A stretch of 63,498 bases of DNA from Candidatus Aenigmatarchaeota archaeon (GCA_018920255.1 JAHLMR010000002.1:1-63498), one strand, 5' to 3'; positions 49,154 through 57,497 are shown, counted from the first letter of the stretch. Program-made: numbers and translations. Notes: generated from the sequence alone by a model not told the origin.

Positions 49154-51346
49154 GTGAGTTCTTTGGCTGGAAAAGAAGAATATAGTGAAAAAGTACAATC
49201 CCTAATGGCAAATCAAAAAAATATAAGAAATATAGGAATAATTGCTCATATTCATCATGGAAAAACAGCTTTAACAGATAATTTAGCTGCTGCTGCAGGA
49301 ATGATGGCAAGAGATTTAGTTGGAGAAAGAATGCTTACATGGATAGATGAACAAGAAAGAGAAAGATTAATGACTATTTATGGTGCTACAGTTACTATGG
49401 TCCATGAATATGAAAAAGAAAAATATCTTATAAATCTTTTAGATACTCCAGGACATGTTGATTTTGGTTCTGATGTCACTCAAGCTATGCGTGCTGTTGA
49501 TGGTGGGGTTGTTGTTGTTTGTGCAGTTGAAGGTATAATGCCACAAACAGAAACAGTATTAAAACAAGCATTAGCAGAAAGAGTTAAACCAATTTTATTT
49601 ATAAATAAAGTTGATCGTGCTATAAAAGAACTAAAATTAACACCAGAAGCACTTCAAAAAAGATTAGCAAATATTGTAATTGAAGTAAATAAATTTGTAC
49701 AAAAGTATTGTGAACCACAGTTTGCTGATAAGTGGATAATGAGAGTTGAAGATGGTTCTGTTGCTTTTGGTTCAGCTTTAAGAAAATGGGCTATTTCAGT
49801 TCCAGCAATGAAAAAATTTGGAATAACATTTAAAGATATTATAGAATTATGTTCACAAAATAGAGACGAAGAACTTGCACAACGTGCACCACTTCATACT
49901 GTTGTTTTAGATATGGTTATTAGGCATTTACCTTCTCCACTAGAAGCACAAAAATATAGAATAGAAAAAATTTGGAAAGGAAATATAAATAGTGAAGTAG
50001 GAAAACAACTTTTAAATGCTGATCCAAACGGAAAGCTTGCGGGTGTTATAACAAAAGTTGTTTATGATCAGCATGCAGGAATGATATCCACAGTAAGAAT
50101 ATTTTCAGGAAAAATAAATAAAGGTCAAGATGTGTATCTTTTGAATTCTGGTAAAGTAGCAAAAGTTCAACAAGTTTCAACATTTATTGCAGATAAAAGA
50201 TTTTCTGTAGATTCTGTGCCTGCTGGTAATGTTGTTGGTGTTGTAGGACTTTCTGATGCTAGCGTGGGTGAAACTATTTGTGATGTAAATGATAGAATAG
50301 AACAATTTGAAGCAATAAAACATATATTTGAACCTGTTGTTACAAAAGCAATAGAACCAAAAAACCCACAAGATTTACCTAAGTTAATTGATATATTAAA
50401 AATTTTAAGTAAAGAAGATCCAACTCTTAATGTAAAAATAAATCAAGAAACAGGAGAAACTTTAGTTTCTGGTTTAGGAGAACTTCATTTAGATGCTAAA
50501 GTTGAAAGAAAAATAAAGGAAAAGGGAATAGAAATTGATGTTTCACCACCAATAGTTGTATATAGGGAATCTGTAATGAAAAAATCCCCTATAATTGAAG
50601 GAAAAAGTCCTAATAAACATAACAAATTTTATATTTCAGTTGAACCCGTTTCAAAAGAAATATATTCTGCAATGATGGAAGGAAAAATTAAAGATGTAGA
50701 AATAAAAGGTAAAAATATAATATATCAAAAAGAACTTGAAAAATATCTTCCAAAGGAAGATGCAAAAGCAGCATTGCTTATACATAATCACTGTATATTT
50801 TTAGATTGTACAAAAGGAATTCAATATTTAAATGAAGCAATAGAATTAATTAAAGACGGTTTTAGGGAGGCAGTCGAGTCAGGACCTCTTGCAAAAGAAC
50901 CCTGTACTGGTTTAATTGTAAGACTTGTTGATGTAGAACTTCATGAAGATGCTGTGCATAGAGGTCCTGCACAAGTAATACCTGCAGTTAGATCTGCAAT
51001 TCATGAAGCAATGTTAAAATCAGAAGCAACCTTTTTTGAACCAAAACAGATTTTAAGAATAGATACTCCTCAAGAATATATAGGAAATGTTACTGGAGAA
51101 GTTAATAATAGAAGAGGAGAAATTCTTGATATTCAACAAGAAGAACATAGTGCTATTTTAACTGTTAAGATACCTGTTTCTGAACTTTTTGGTTTTGAAG
51201 GTGCATTGAAAAGTGCAACTGCAGGAAAAGGATTTCAATCTCTTATTGATGTTGTATTTGAAAGGCTTCCAAGAGAATTATTAGAAGAAGTTATTTCTAA
51301 AATAAGAGAAAGAAAAGGATTACCAAAAGAGATTCCAAAAATTTAA
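49154..51346 (+). CDS. fusA: translation elongation factor 2 (aEF-2)
   Basis: AHIHHGKT, DTPGHVDF, NKVDR, diphthamide-site HEDAVHRG. The start is ambiguous: GTG at 49154, or TTG at 49163 preceded by AAGGTGAG. Confidence 0.95.
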   Translation: MSSLAGKEEYSEKVQSLMANQKNIRNIGIIAHIHHGKTALTDNLAAAAGMMARDLVGERMLTWIDEQERERLMTIYGATVTMVHEYEKEKYLINLLDTPGHVDFGSDVTQAMRAVDGGVVVVCAVEGIMPQTETVLKQALAERVKPILFINKVDRAIKELKLTPEALQKRLANIVIEVNKFVQKYCEPQFADKWIMRVEDGSVAFGSALRKWAISVPAMKKFGITFKDIIELCSQNRDEELAQRAPLHTVVLDMVIRHLPSPLEAQKYRIEKIWKGNINSEVGKQLLNADPNGKLAGVITKVVYDQHAGMISTVRIFSGKINKGQDVYLLNSGKVAKVQQVSTFIADKRFSVDSVPAGNVVGVVGLSDASVGETICDVNDRIEQFEAIKHIFEPVVTKAIEPKNPQDLPKLIDILKILSKEDPTLNVKINQETGETLVSGLGELHLDAKVERKIKEKGIEIDVSPPIVVYRESVMKKSPIIEGKSPNKHNKFYISVEPVSKEIYSAMMEGKIKDVEIKGKNIIYQKELEKYLPKEDAKAALLIHNHCIFLDCTKGIQYLNEAIELIKDGFREAVESGPLAKEPCTGLIVRLVDVELHEDAVHRGPAQVIPAVRSAIHEAMLKSEATFFEPKQILRIDTPQEYIGNVTGEVNNRRGEILDIQQEEHSAILTVKIPVSELFGFEGALKSATAGKGFQSLIDVVFERLPRELLEEVISKIRERKGLPKEIPKI

Positions 51347-51371
51347 ATATTTAAAAACATATATTAAAATC

Positions 51372-51545
51372 ATGAAAAAATTTTATTTATTTTATATTCT
51401 ATCTGCTTTTCTTCTTTTTTCTTTAAGTGTTTTTGCAACGTCTTTTTCACCAAGTAACGGAACATTAACTTATGAAAACGAATCATTTTCTTTTGTTTCT
51501 AGAAATGTATCAAAAATAAAAAATTCAATAATTCGATTTAGGTAA
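51372..51545 (+). CDS. small secreted peptide (57 aa), not in the ORF track
   Basis: The signal-peptide-like N-terminus MKKFYLFYILSAFLLFSLSVFA is the only support. Confidence 0.3.
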   Translation: MKKFYLFYILSAFLLFSLSVFATSFSPSNGTLTYENESFSFVSRNVSKIKNSIIRFR

Positions 51546-51550
51546 TAAAA

Positions 51551-52342
51551 ATGGGAATTTTTGATTTTCTTTTCAAAAAGAAAAAAATTGACCCAGAATC
51601 AATAAATTTCATAAAATATTTCATTTATGATGATTATTTAATTTTTGACTTATCATTTCTTAATGAAAGAATTTTAAAATGCTATATAGATTTAATTAAA
51701 AAATATGTAAAATTAAATATTTCAAAGGAAAAAATTAAAAATCTTTTCTCAGAACATTCTCAACTAGTTTTTCTTAAAAATGGAAAAATCTCTTTTGTTA
51801 AATTTAACACTATTTATTTTTCTTCTCTTAAATTTTATCGTCAATATTTTATAATTCTGTTACCAAACGATATAAAATCATTATTTGAATTTATTAAAAG
51901 TTATAATCTTACTCCAATAAACGTTAATTTTACAGATATTAATTTTATAGATTTTTTTCATGGACAATCAATTGAAGAAGGACCAGAAGAGGGTCCTAAT
52001 AAATTTTTATTTGTTCCTTTATCAAAAATGAATAAAATATGCACCGGGGATTTTGATATTGCTAACAATGTTAATAAAATTTTTGATTGCTTTGTTGAAC
52101 TTATAATAAACTCAATAAATCTTAAAGATAAGAAGCAAAAAGAAAATATAAGAAATTTAATTAATTTAACCGGATTTGTGACAACTTTTTACTCAAATTC
52201 AGGAGAATTATTAGCAAAATGCTATTATGATGGTCATGAGAAAGGTCTTGTTTTATATACAAAGTTAAATAAAGAAAAAATTAATGAAATTTTAAATAAA
52301 TATAACTTTTCTTTAACAACAAATAAGATATATTTTAAATAA
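51551..52342 (+). CDS. hypothetical protein (263 aa)
   Basis: Long ORF inserted between EF-2 and EF-1alpha. No recognisable motif. Confidence 0.5.
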   Translation: MGIFDFLFKKKKIDPESINFIKYFIYDDYLIFDLSFLNERILKCYIDLIKKYVKLNISKEKIKNLFSEHSQLVFLKNGKISFVKFNTIYFSSLKFYRQYFIILLPNDIKSLFEFIKSYNLTPINVNFTDINFIDFFHGQSIEEGPEEGPNKFLFVPLSKMNKICTGDFDIANNVNKIFDCFVELIINSINLKDKKQKENIRNLINLTGFVTTFYSNSGELLAKCYYDGHEKGLVLYTKLNKEKINEILNKYNFSLTTNKIYFK

Positions 52343-52354
52343 AGGTTTGGTAGA

Positions 52355-52978
52355 ATGTTTAAAGATAGAAGCGATGCTGGAAAAAAACTTGCTTTAAAAC
52401 TTTTAAAATATAAAGGAAAAAACACTGTGATTCTTTCAATTCCAAGAGGTGGAGTTATTGTTGGTTATGAAATAGCAAAAGAACTAAATGCAAAGCTTAG
52501 TTTGATTTTTTCTAGAAAGATTTCTGCTCCATTACAACCCGAACTTGCAATAGGCGCTATTGCAGAAGACGGTACTTTATGGTTAAATGAAAAAATTATT
52601 AAAACGCTTAATATAAGTGAAGAATATATTAAAATGGCCATGAAAGAAGAAATGAAAAAGATAGAAAAAATGAAGAAAAAATATTATAGAAAGGATTTAA
52701 ATTTGAGCGGAAAAATTGTAATAATTACAGATGATGGGGTTGCAACAGGAGCAACAATAAAAGCAGCAGCAGTTTTTGTTAAAAAACAAAAGCCAAAAAA
52801 GATTATTTTAGCTTTTCCCGTTATACCTAAAGATATGATTTCGGACTTAAAGGTTTTTTCAGACGAAATTATATATTTAGAAGCTCCCTTAATTTTTCAT
52901 GCTGTTGGAGAATTTTATGAAAATTTTGAACAAGTTGAAGATAGAAAAGTTTTAGAAATTTTAAATAAAAGTATTTAA
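52355..52978 (+). CDS. putative phosphoribosyltransferase (COG1926-like)
   Basis: PRPP-binding loop [15 protein letters not shown]-terminal FKDRSDAG...IPRGG. Confidence 0.75.
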   Translation: MFKDRSDAGKKLALKLLKYKGKNTVILSIPRGGVIVGYEIAKELNAKLSLIFSRKISAPLQPELAIGAIAEDGTLWLNEKIIKTLNISEEYIKMAMKEEMKKIEKMKKKYYRKDLNLSGKIVIITDDGVATGATIKAAAVFVKKQKPKKIILAFPVIPKDMISDLKVFSDEIIYLEAPLIFHAVGEFYENFEQVEDRKVLEILNKSI

Positions 52979-52981
52979 AAA

Positions 52982-53002
52982 CAAAATCTTTAAATACATT
53001 AA
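52982..53002 (+). promoter_or_regulatory. promoter core CAAAATCTTTAAATACATTAA upstream of EF-1alpha
   Basis: Identical 21-mer to 48082-48102. Confidence 0.45.
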
Positions 53003-53036
53003 CTATTTTATATTTTTTAACATAAAGAAATACGAG

Positions 53037-54317
53037 GTGAATATGAATATGGCAATAAATAAACCACACTTAAACCTTGTTACAGTTGGACATGTAGATC
53101 ATGGAAAATCAACATTAGTTGGAAGATTACTATATGATTCAAAAAATATTCCAGAAGAAGAAATGAGAAAATTAAGAGAAAAAGCAAAAGAATTAAAAAA
53201 AGAAACATTTGAGTTTGCTTTTGTTATGGATAGATTAAAGGAAGAACAACAAAGAGGAGTTACTATTGATATTGCTCATCAAAAATTTACAACACAAAAA
53301 TATTATTTTACTATAATTGATGCACCAGGACACAGAGATTTTGTTAAAAATATGATTACTGGTGCAAGTCAGGCAGATGCTGCAATTGTTGTTTGTTCTG
53401 CAAAAGAAGGAGTTCAAGAACAAACAAGAGAACACGTTTTCTTAATTAAAGTTTTAGGAGTTAAACAACTTATTGTTGCAATAAATAAAATGGATGCTGT
53501 AGGTTATGAAAAATCAAAATTTGAATCAACAAAATCAGATATGGAAAAACTTTTGAAATCTGTAGGTTATGACACAAGTAAAATATTATTCATACCAGTA
53601 TCAGCATATCAAGGAGATAATGTTTATAATAAAAGTACTAATATGCCATGGTATAATGGACCAACAATATATGAAGCACTTGATTTACTTTCTGTTCCTG
53701 AACTTCCAATAAATAAGCCATTAAGAATTCCAATTCAAGATGTTTACTCAATAAAAGGAATTGGAACAGTACCAGTAGGAAGAGTTGAAACAGGAGTAAT
53801 GAAAGTAAACGATACTGTAGTTATAATGCCAGGAAATCTTAAGGGAGAAGTAAAATCAATAGAAATGCATCATGAGGCAATACAAGAAGCAAAACCAGGA
53901 GATAATATAGGTTTTTGTATAAGAGGAATTGATAAGGAGAGTATAAAACGTGGTTATGTTGTTGGAAAACCAGATGATCCACCAACAGTTGCAAAAGAAT
54001 TTATAGCACAAATTATAGTATTACAACATCCAAATGTTATAGCTAAAGGTTATACTCCAATATTCCACTGTCACACTGCTCAAGTTGCATGTAAAATAGT
54101 AGAAATTCAAAAGAAAATAGACCCAAAAACTGGAGTAACACTTCAAGAAAATCCAGATTTTATAAAAACTGGAGATGCAGCAATTGTAAAATGTGTGCCA
54201 CAACAACCACTTGTAATTGAATCTGTTAAAAAAATACCAGAATTAGCAAGATTTGCTGTGCGTGATATGGGTCAAACAGTTGCAGCAGGAGTTTGTTTAG
54301 AAGTTACTCCTGCTTAA
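53037..54317 (+). CDS. tuf: translation elongation factor 1-alpha (aEF-1A)
   Basis: [21 protein letters not shown]. The likely true start is the ATG at 53049 ([10 protein letters not shown]), 8 nt after the GAGGTGA SD. Confidence 0.95.
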   Translation: MNMNMAINKPHLNLVTVGHVDHGKSTLVGRLLYDSKNIPEEEMRKLREKAKELKKETFEFAFVMDRLKEEQQRGVTIDIAHQKFTTQKYYFTIIDAPGHRDFVKNMITGASQADAAIVVCSAKEGVQEQTREHVFLIKVLGVKQLIVAINKMDAVGYEKSKFESTKSDMEKLLKSVGYDTSKILFIPVSAYQGDNVYNKSTNMPWYNGPTIYEALDLLSVPELPINKPLRIPIQDVYSIKGIGTVPVGRVETGVMKVNDTVVIMPGNLKGEVKSIEMHHEAIQEAKPGDNIGFCIRGIDKESIKRGYVVGKPDDPPTVAKEFIAQIIVLQHPNVIAKGYTPIFHCHTAQVACKIVEIQKKIDPKTGVTLQENPDFIKTGDAAIVKCVPQQPLVIESVKKIPELARFAVRDMGQTVAAGVCLEVTPA

Positions 54318-54371
54318 TTTTTTAATTTTTTAGTAGTTAATTATTTAAAGTTTTCTAACCAAATTTAAATT

Positions 54372-55412
54372 ATGACATCTTTTTTGGAAAGAATTTTAAA
54401 AAGAAAAAAGAAGGAAGAAGATTTAGTTGATATACCTCCTTATAAAAAATCAGAAAAACTCAAAATTTGGATGCCACCTCTAGACTCTTCAAAAGAAGAT
54501 TTAGTTGATATACCTCCTTATAAAAAATCAGAAAAACTCATAATTTGGATGCCACCTCTAGACTCTTCAAAAGAAGATTTAGTTGATATACCTCCTTATG
54601 AGAATCAAAAAAAGACTCTTCAGAAAAACTCATAATTTGGATGCCACCTCTTTCAGAGAGAAAACATATTTCTTTTAATTTAAAAGACGCGGTTCTTGAA
54701 CTTCATTTTCCATCTTCTAAAAAAGAAATAAATGAATCTCATTATAAGACTTTTCAAGTTAACCCCATTAATTATTTTTGTTTGGGTGAGACTGATGAAT
54801 TTGGAAAACCCATATCACAATATGAAATAATATTACATTTACCTAGTTATCCTTTAGAAACAGCACATAGAAGAATAGTAGATATAAGAAAAAATAATGA
54901 TAATAATGAAAAGTATTTTTATTTTATTGGTAATAAACAAATTTTTTTAAAAAAAATATGACAATTTTTTAAAAGGAGAAGTTCACTCGTTTGTTAAAGA
55001 TGTAGTTTTTATAGATGATATTATAAAATATTTTGAGGAAAACGAAGGGAAATCTATTAAAGAATATATTAATGATTCTCCATATTTATATGAGGTACAC
55101 CCAGGATTTGATGCCTTTCTATTGAAGTATTTGAAAAAAGAAAAAGATAATCAATCAACTTTGAGTGTTTGTCATACACATCCACAGAGTTTTGGAACCC
55201 GTTTAAGTAATTTAGACATTGGTGCATTTGAGAGTGAATTAAGATATGATAAAATTTTGGGTGTGTGTGATTTCTATGGTAAAAACTATGCTTTTTATCC
55301 AATACCATCTACTTTGAGAGGAGAAATCTCACTACAAAGAGAAACAGTATATTTGGATAATTTTCATAATCCAATAACAGTATATGATAAAATTATAGAA
55401 ATTCAACTTTAA
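54372..55412 (+). pseudogene. repeat-containing JAB/MPN (JAMM-like) metalloprotease gene broken into three frames
   Basis: The three pieces are 54372-54635 (frame 0), 54641-54961 (frame 2), and 54951-55412 (frame 0, no start codon until the TTG at 55122). The JAMM-like motif CHTHPQSFGTRLSNLD is in the last piece. The breaks coincide with a scrambled repeat unit and a T7A8 tract. Confidence 0.5.
54417..54651 (+). repeat. 78-bp tandem repeat: 2 full units plus a rearranged third
   Basis: Units start at 54417, 54495 and 54573. Units 1 and 2 differ at 1 nt. Each encodes EDLVDIPPYKKSEKL(K/I)IWMPPLDSSK. Confidence 0.9.
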
Positions 55413-55448
55413 AAATCTTTAAATATTTTAATTTTCTTTTAATTTTTT

Positions 55449-55769
55449 ATGCAAAAAGCAAGAATTAAATTAATGAGTACAGATATTAAAAAAATAGAAC
55501 AGGTTTGCAATGAATTAAAAGCTATCTCTGAAAAATTTGGAGTCGTTATGCGTGGTCCTATTCCTCTTCCAACTAAAAAATTAAAAGTAGTTACAATGAA
55601 AACTCCTTGTGGAGATGGAACAGGTCATGGAAATGCTACATGGGATAAGTGGGAAATGAGAATTCATAAAAGAATTATTGATATTGCTGCTGATGAAAGA
55701 ACTTTAAGACAAGTAATGAGAGTGCCAATACCAGATGATGTTACTATAGAAATTTCTTTAAAAGACTAA
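55449..55769 (+). CDS. rps10: ribosomal protein S10 (uS10)
   Basis: MQKARIKL...GPIPLPTK...HKRIIDI. Confidence 0.95.
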   Translation: MQKARIKLMSTDIKKIEQVCNELKAISEKFGVVMRGPIPLPTKKLKVVTMKTPCGDGTGHGNATWDKWEMRIHKRIIDIAADERTLRQVMRVPIPDDVTIEISLKD

Positions 55770-55789
55770 TTTTTATTATATTAAAATTA

Positions 55790-56034
55790 TTAATAATTTC
55801 TGGTAACCCTCGAATAATATTTATAATTACGACTATCCATGCAAACCAATAACAACAAACATATAGGATTTCTATTAACTAAATAATCCAGGTAAGAAAA
55901 AACAAAAAGTAATGATTAAATAATTGATCTTCAATTATATCAAACATTGCACCAAAATTTTGTTATACAATGATTTTCTTGCAATATAGCCATCGAGCCA
56001 ATCAAAGAAAAATTGCAAAGTTTAAATTTTTCAT
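55790..56034 (-). pseudogene. decayed CDP-alcohol phosphatidyltransferase remnant
   Basis: The minus strand reads FFDWLDGYIARKSLYNKI, then after a 1-nt frame slip in an A4T4 run GAMFDIIEDQ. Together that is D-x2-D-G-x2-A-R-x8-G-x3-D-x3-D. It is followed by an in-frame stop and hydrophobic segments in another frame. The N-terminal ~40 aa are missing. Confidence 0.55.
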
Positions 56035-56072
56035 AATTTTTAAATAAATTATTAAAATATTATAAAATTTAT

Positions 56073-56288
56073 GCCGAGGTGGCATAGCCAGGTAGTGCGC
56101 AGGTCTGGAGAACCTGTGCTCGAAAGAGCGCGTGAGTTCAAAGAACCTTCTTTGCAACTTCTTTAAAAAAGAAGTTGCATCAAGAAAGATAGTTTTTCCT
56201 GCTGAAGCTTCTTTTTTTGAAAAAGAAGCTTCGAAGAAGGTTCATCAAGAAAACTTAAAAAACTGGGAAATTCTCACCCTCGGCGCCA
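56073..56288 (+). tRNA. tRNA-Ser(GGA) with a 129-nt structured insert in the T-loop and an encoded CCA
   Basis: Acceptor GCCGAGG/CCTCGGC. D-stem GCA/TGC. Anticodon stem CAGGT/ACCTG with loop CTGGAGA. Variable arm GCTC-GAAA-GAGC. The T-arm GTAGG-type stem GTGAG-TTCAAA[56143-56271]T-CTCAC is interrupted. Confidence 0.8.
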
Positions 56289-56340
56289 ATTTAAAGTTTT
56301 TAAATAATTATCTTCTTATTTAATTATTGAGGTGAATACT

Positions 56341-56625
56341 ATGCCTGTTTCAGAGGCACCCTATACAAGAAAATATGAGCATACAAAAACAAGAGGAAGA
56401 GAATCTATAGTTACATGCGGTTATTGTGGAAGACAAGTTCCAAGATATAAAACATTTATAAAATATAGTGGTATGAGAATATCAGATCCACTAATATTAC
56501 AGCAAGTTGATAAAAGTATGATACATTTAATGAAACATAAAATGTATGTATGTCCTTCTTGTGCAAGGTTTCATAGAATTGTACAGAGAGGAAAAACAGT
56601 TAGAAAAAAGCATTTATTTAAATAA
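56341..56625 (+). CDS. rps26e: ribosomal protein S26e (eS26)
   Basis: GRESIVTCGYCGRQVPRYK ... MYVCPSCARFHRIVQ matches the eS26 C..C..vPkdK...YC.SCA.H..iV pattern. ATG at 56341, after the GAGGTGA SD. Confidence 0.75.
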   Translation: MPVSEAPYTRKYEHTKTRGRESIVTCGYCGRQVPRYKTFIKYSGMRISDPLILQQVDKSMIHLMKHKMYVCPSCARFHRIVQRGKTVRKKHLFK

Positions 56626-56639
56626 CTACTTAAGTAGTT
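56624..56639 (+). terminator. perfect 16-bp palindrome AACTACTTAAGTAGTT followed by a T6 tract
   Basis: It overlaps the rps26e stop codon and is followed by TTTTTT. Either a terminator-like hairpin or an operator (see findings). Confidence 0.4.
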
Positions 56640-56714
56640 TTTTCGACATTTGTTAAATACGTCAAAAATCGAGGAAATGCTTAAAAATTATTTTCTAATT
56701 TTTCTAATTTAATT

Positions 56715-57464
56715 ATGTTAAATGATGAATTTATAATAAATATTAGAAAACTATTAAATTTAGGAGAATATGAAGCAAAAGCATATTCTATCTTATTAAC
56801 TTCTGGACCATTAACTGCAATAGAAATTTGTAAAAAAGGAGAAATACCACAACCAAAAATTTATGAAACATTAAGAAATCTTCAAACAAAGACTTTAATT
56901 GAAACTCTTAATATAAAACCACAAATATGGAGAGTTTCAGACCCAATTAATAATTTAAAAAGTATAATAAAGGAAAAAATAAAAGAATTAAAAGATATAG
57001 AAAAATTTTTCAAATTATATTTTAATAAAAATAAAAATTTAACTGATAACTTTGGACTTTGGACAGGATATGGAAGAGAAAATTTTCTTAAAAAAGCTGC
57101 AGAAATTATAAATAGAGCAGAGAATTATGGATATGCAACAACAAAATCTTTTAGCAGACTAGAATTATTAGATTCCTCTGTTCTTTCAGCAATAAAAAGA
57201 GGAGTAAAAATAAAGCTTTTAGGTTTATGTAAACCATCCGGCCTTTCTCTTGCAAGAGCTAAGTGGTATCAAAACAATGGAATAGAAATAAGATATGTTT
57301 CAAAGGAAGATCAGCCTGTTTTTGGCATTATTGATGATAAAGAAACATGTTTTAGAGTTGATAATTTTTCTGATTCAAGTTGGATTTGGACAAATAATTC
57401 TTCAATAATTTCTGTCATGAAAAATCAATTTAACATACTATGGGATCAAGCTAAAAAAATTTAA
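56715..57464 (+). CDS. TrmB-family transcriptional regulator
   Basis: N-terminal wHTH (LGEYEAKAYSILLTSGPLTAIEICKKGEIPQPKIYETLRNL) plus a C-terminal TrmB-type domain. Confidence 0.8.
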   Translation: MLNDEFIINIRKLLNLGEYEAKAYSILLTSGPLTAIEICKKGEIPQPKIYETLRNLQTKTLIETLNIKPQIWRVSDPINNLKSIIKEKIKELKDIEKFFKLYFNKNKNLTDNFGLWTGYGRENFLKKAAEIINRAENYGYATTKSFSRLELLDSSVLSAIKRGVKIKLLGLCKPSGLSLARAKWYQNNGIEIRYVSKEDQPVFGIIDDKETCFRVDNFSDSSWIWTNNSSIISVMKNQFNILWDQAKKI

Positions 57465-57497
57465 TCTTTATTAATATTAAAATTAAAACAAAAATAT

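Noticed and set aside
54417-54651. Possible CRISPR-like or PPxY-motif reading of the 78-bp repeats
   Set aside because: The units are directly adjacent with no spacers and are in-frame coding, so this is not a CRISPR array. The peptide motif is IPPY (P-P-Y), not a true P-P-x-Y WW-ligand.
55422-55449. AAAATCTTTAAATA box as a leaderless promoter for S10
   Set aside because: The box ends only ~14 nt before the ATG at 55449, which is too close for the usual TATA-to-TSS distance. The S10 N-terminus MQKARIKL looks genuine. An upstream CTTTAAAAA (55407-55415) or read-through transcription may serve instead, so I report it only as a shared sequence, not as a mapped promoter.
56132-56323. 63-aa plus-strand ORF from the ORF track
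   Set aside because: It lies entirely within the T-loop insert and 3' half of tRNA-Ser(GGA). Its apparent coding capacity comes from the long perfect hairpins. It has no SD or promoter.
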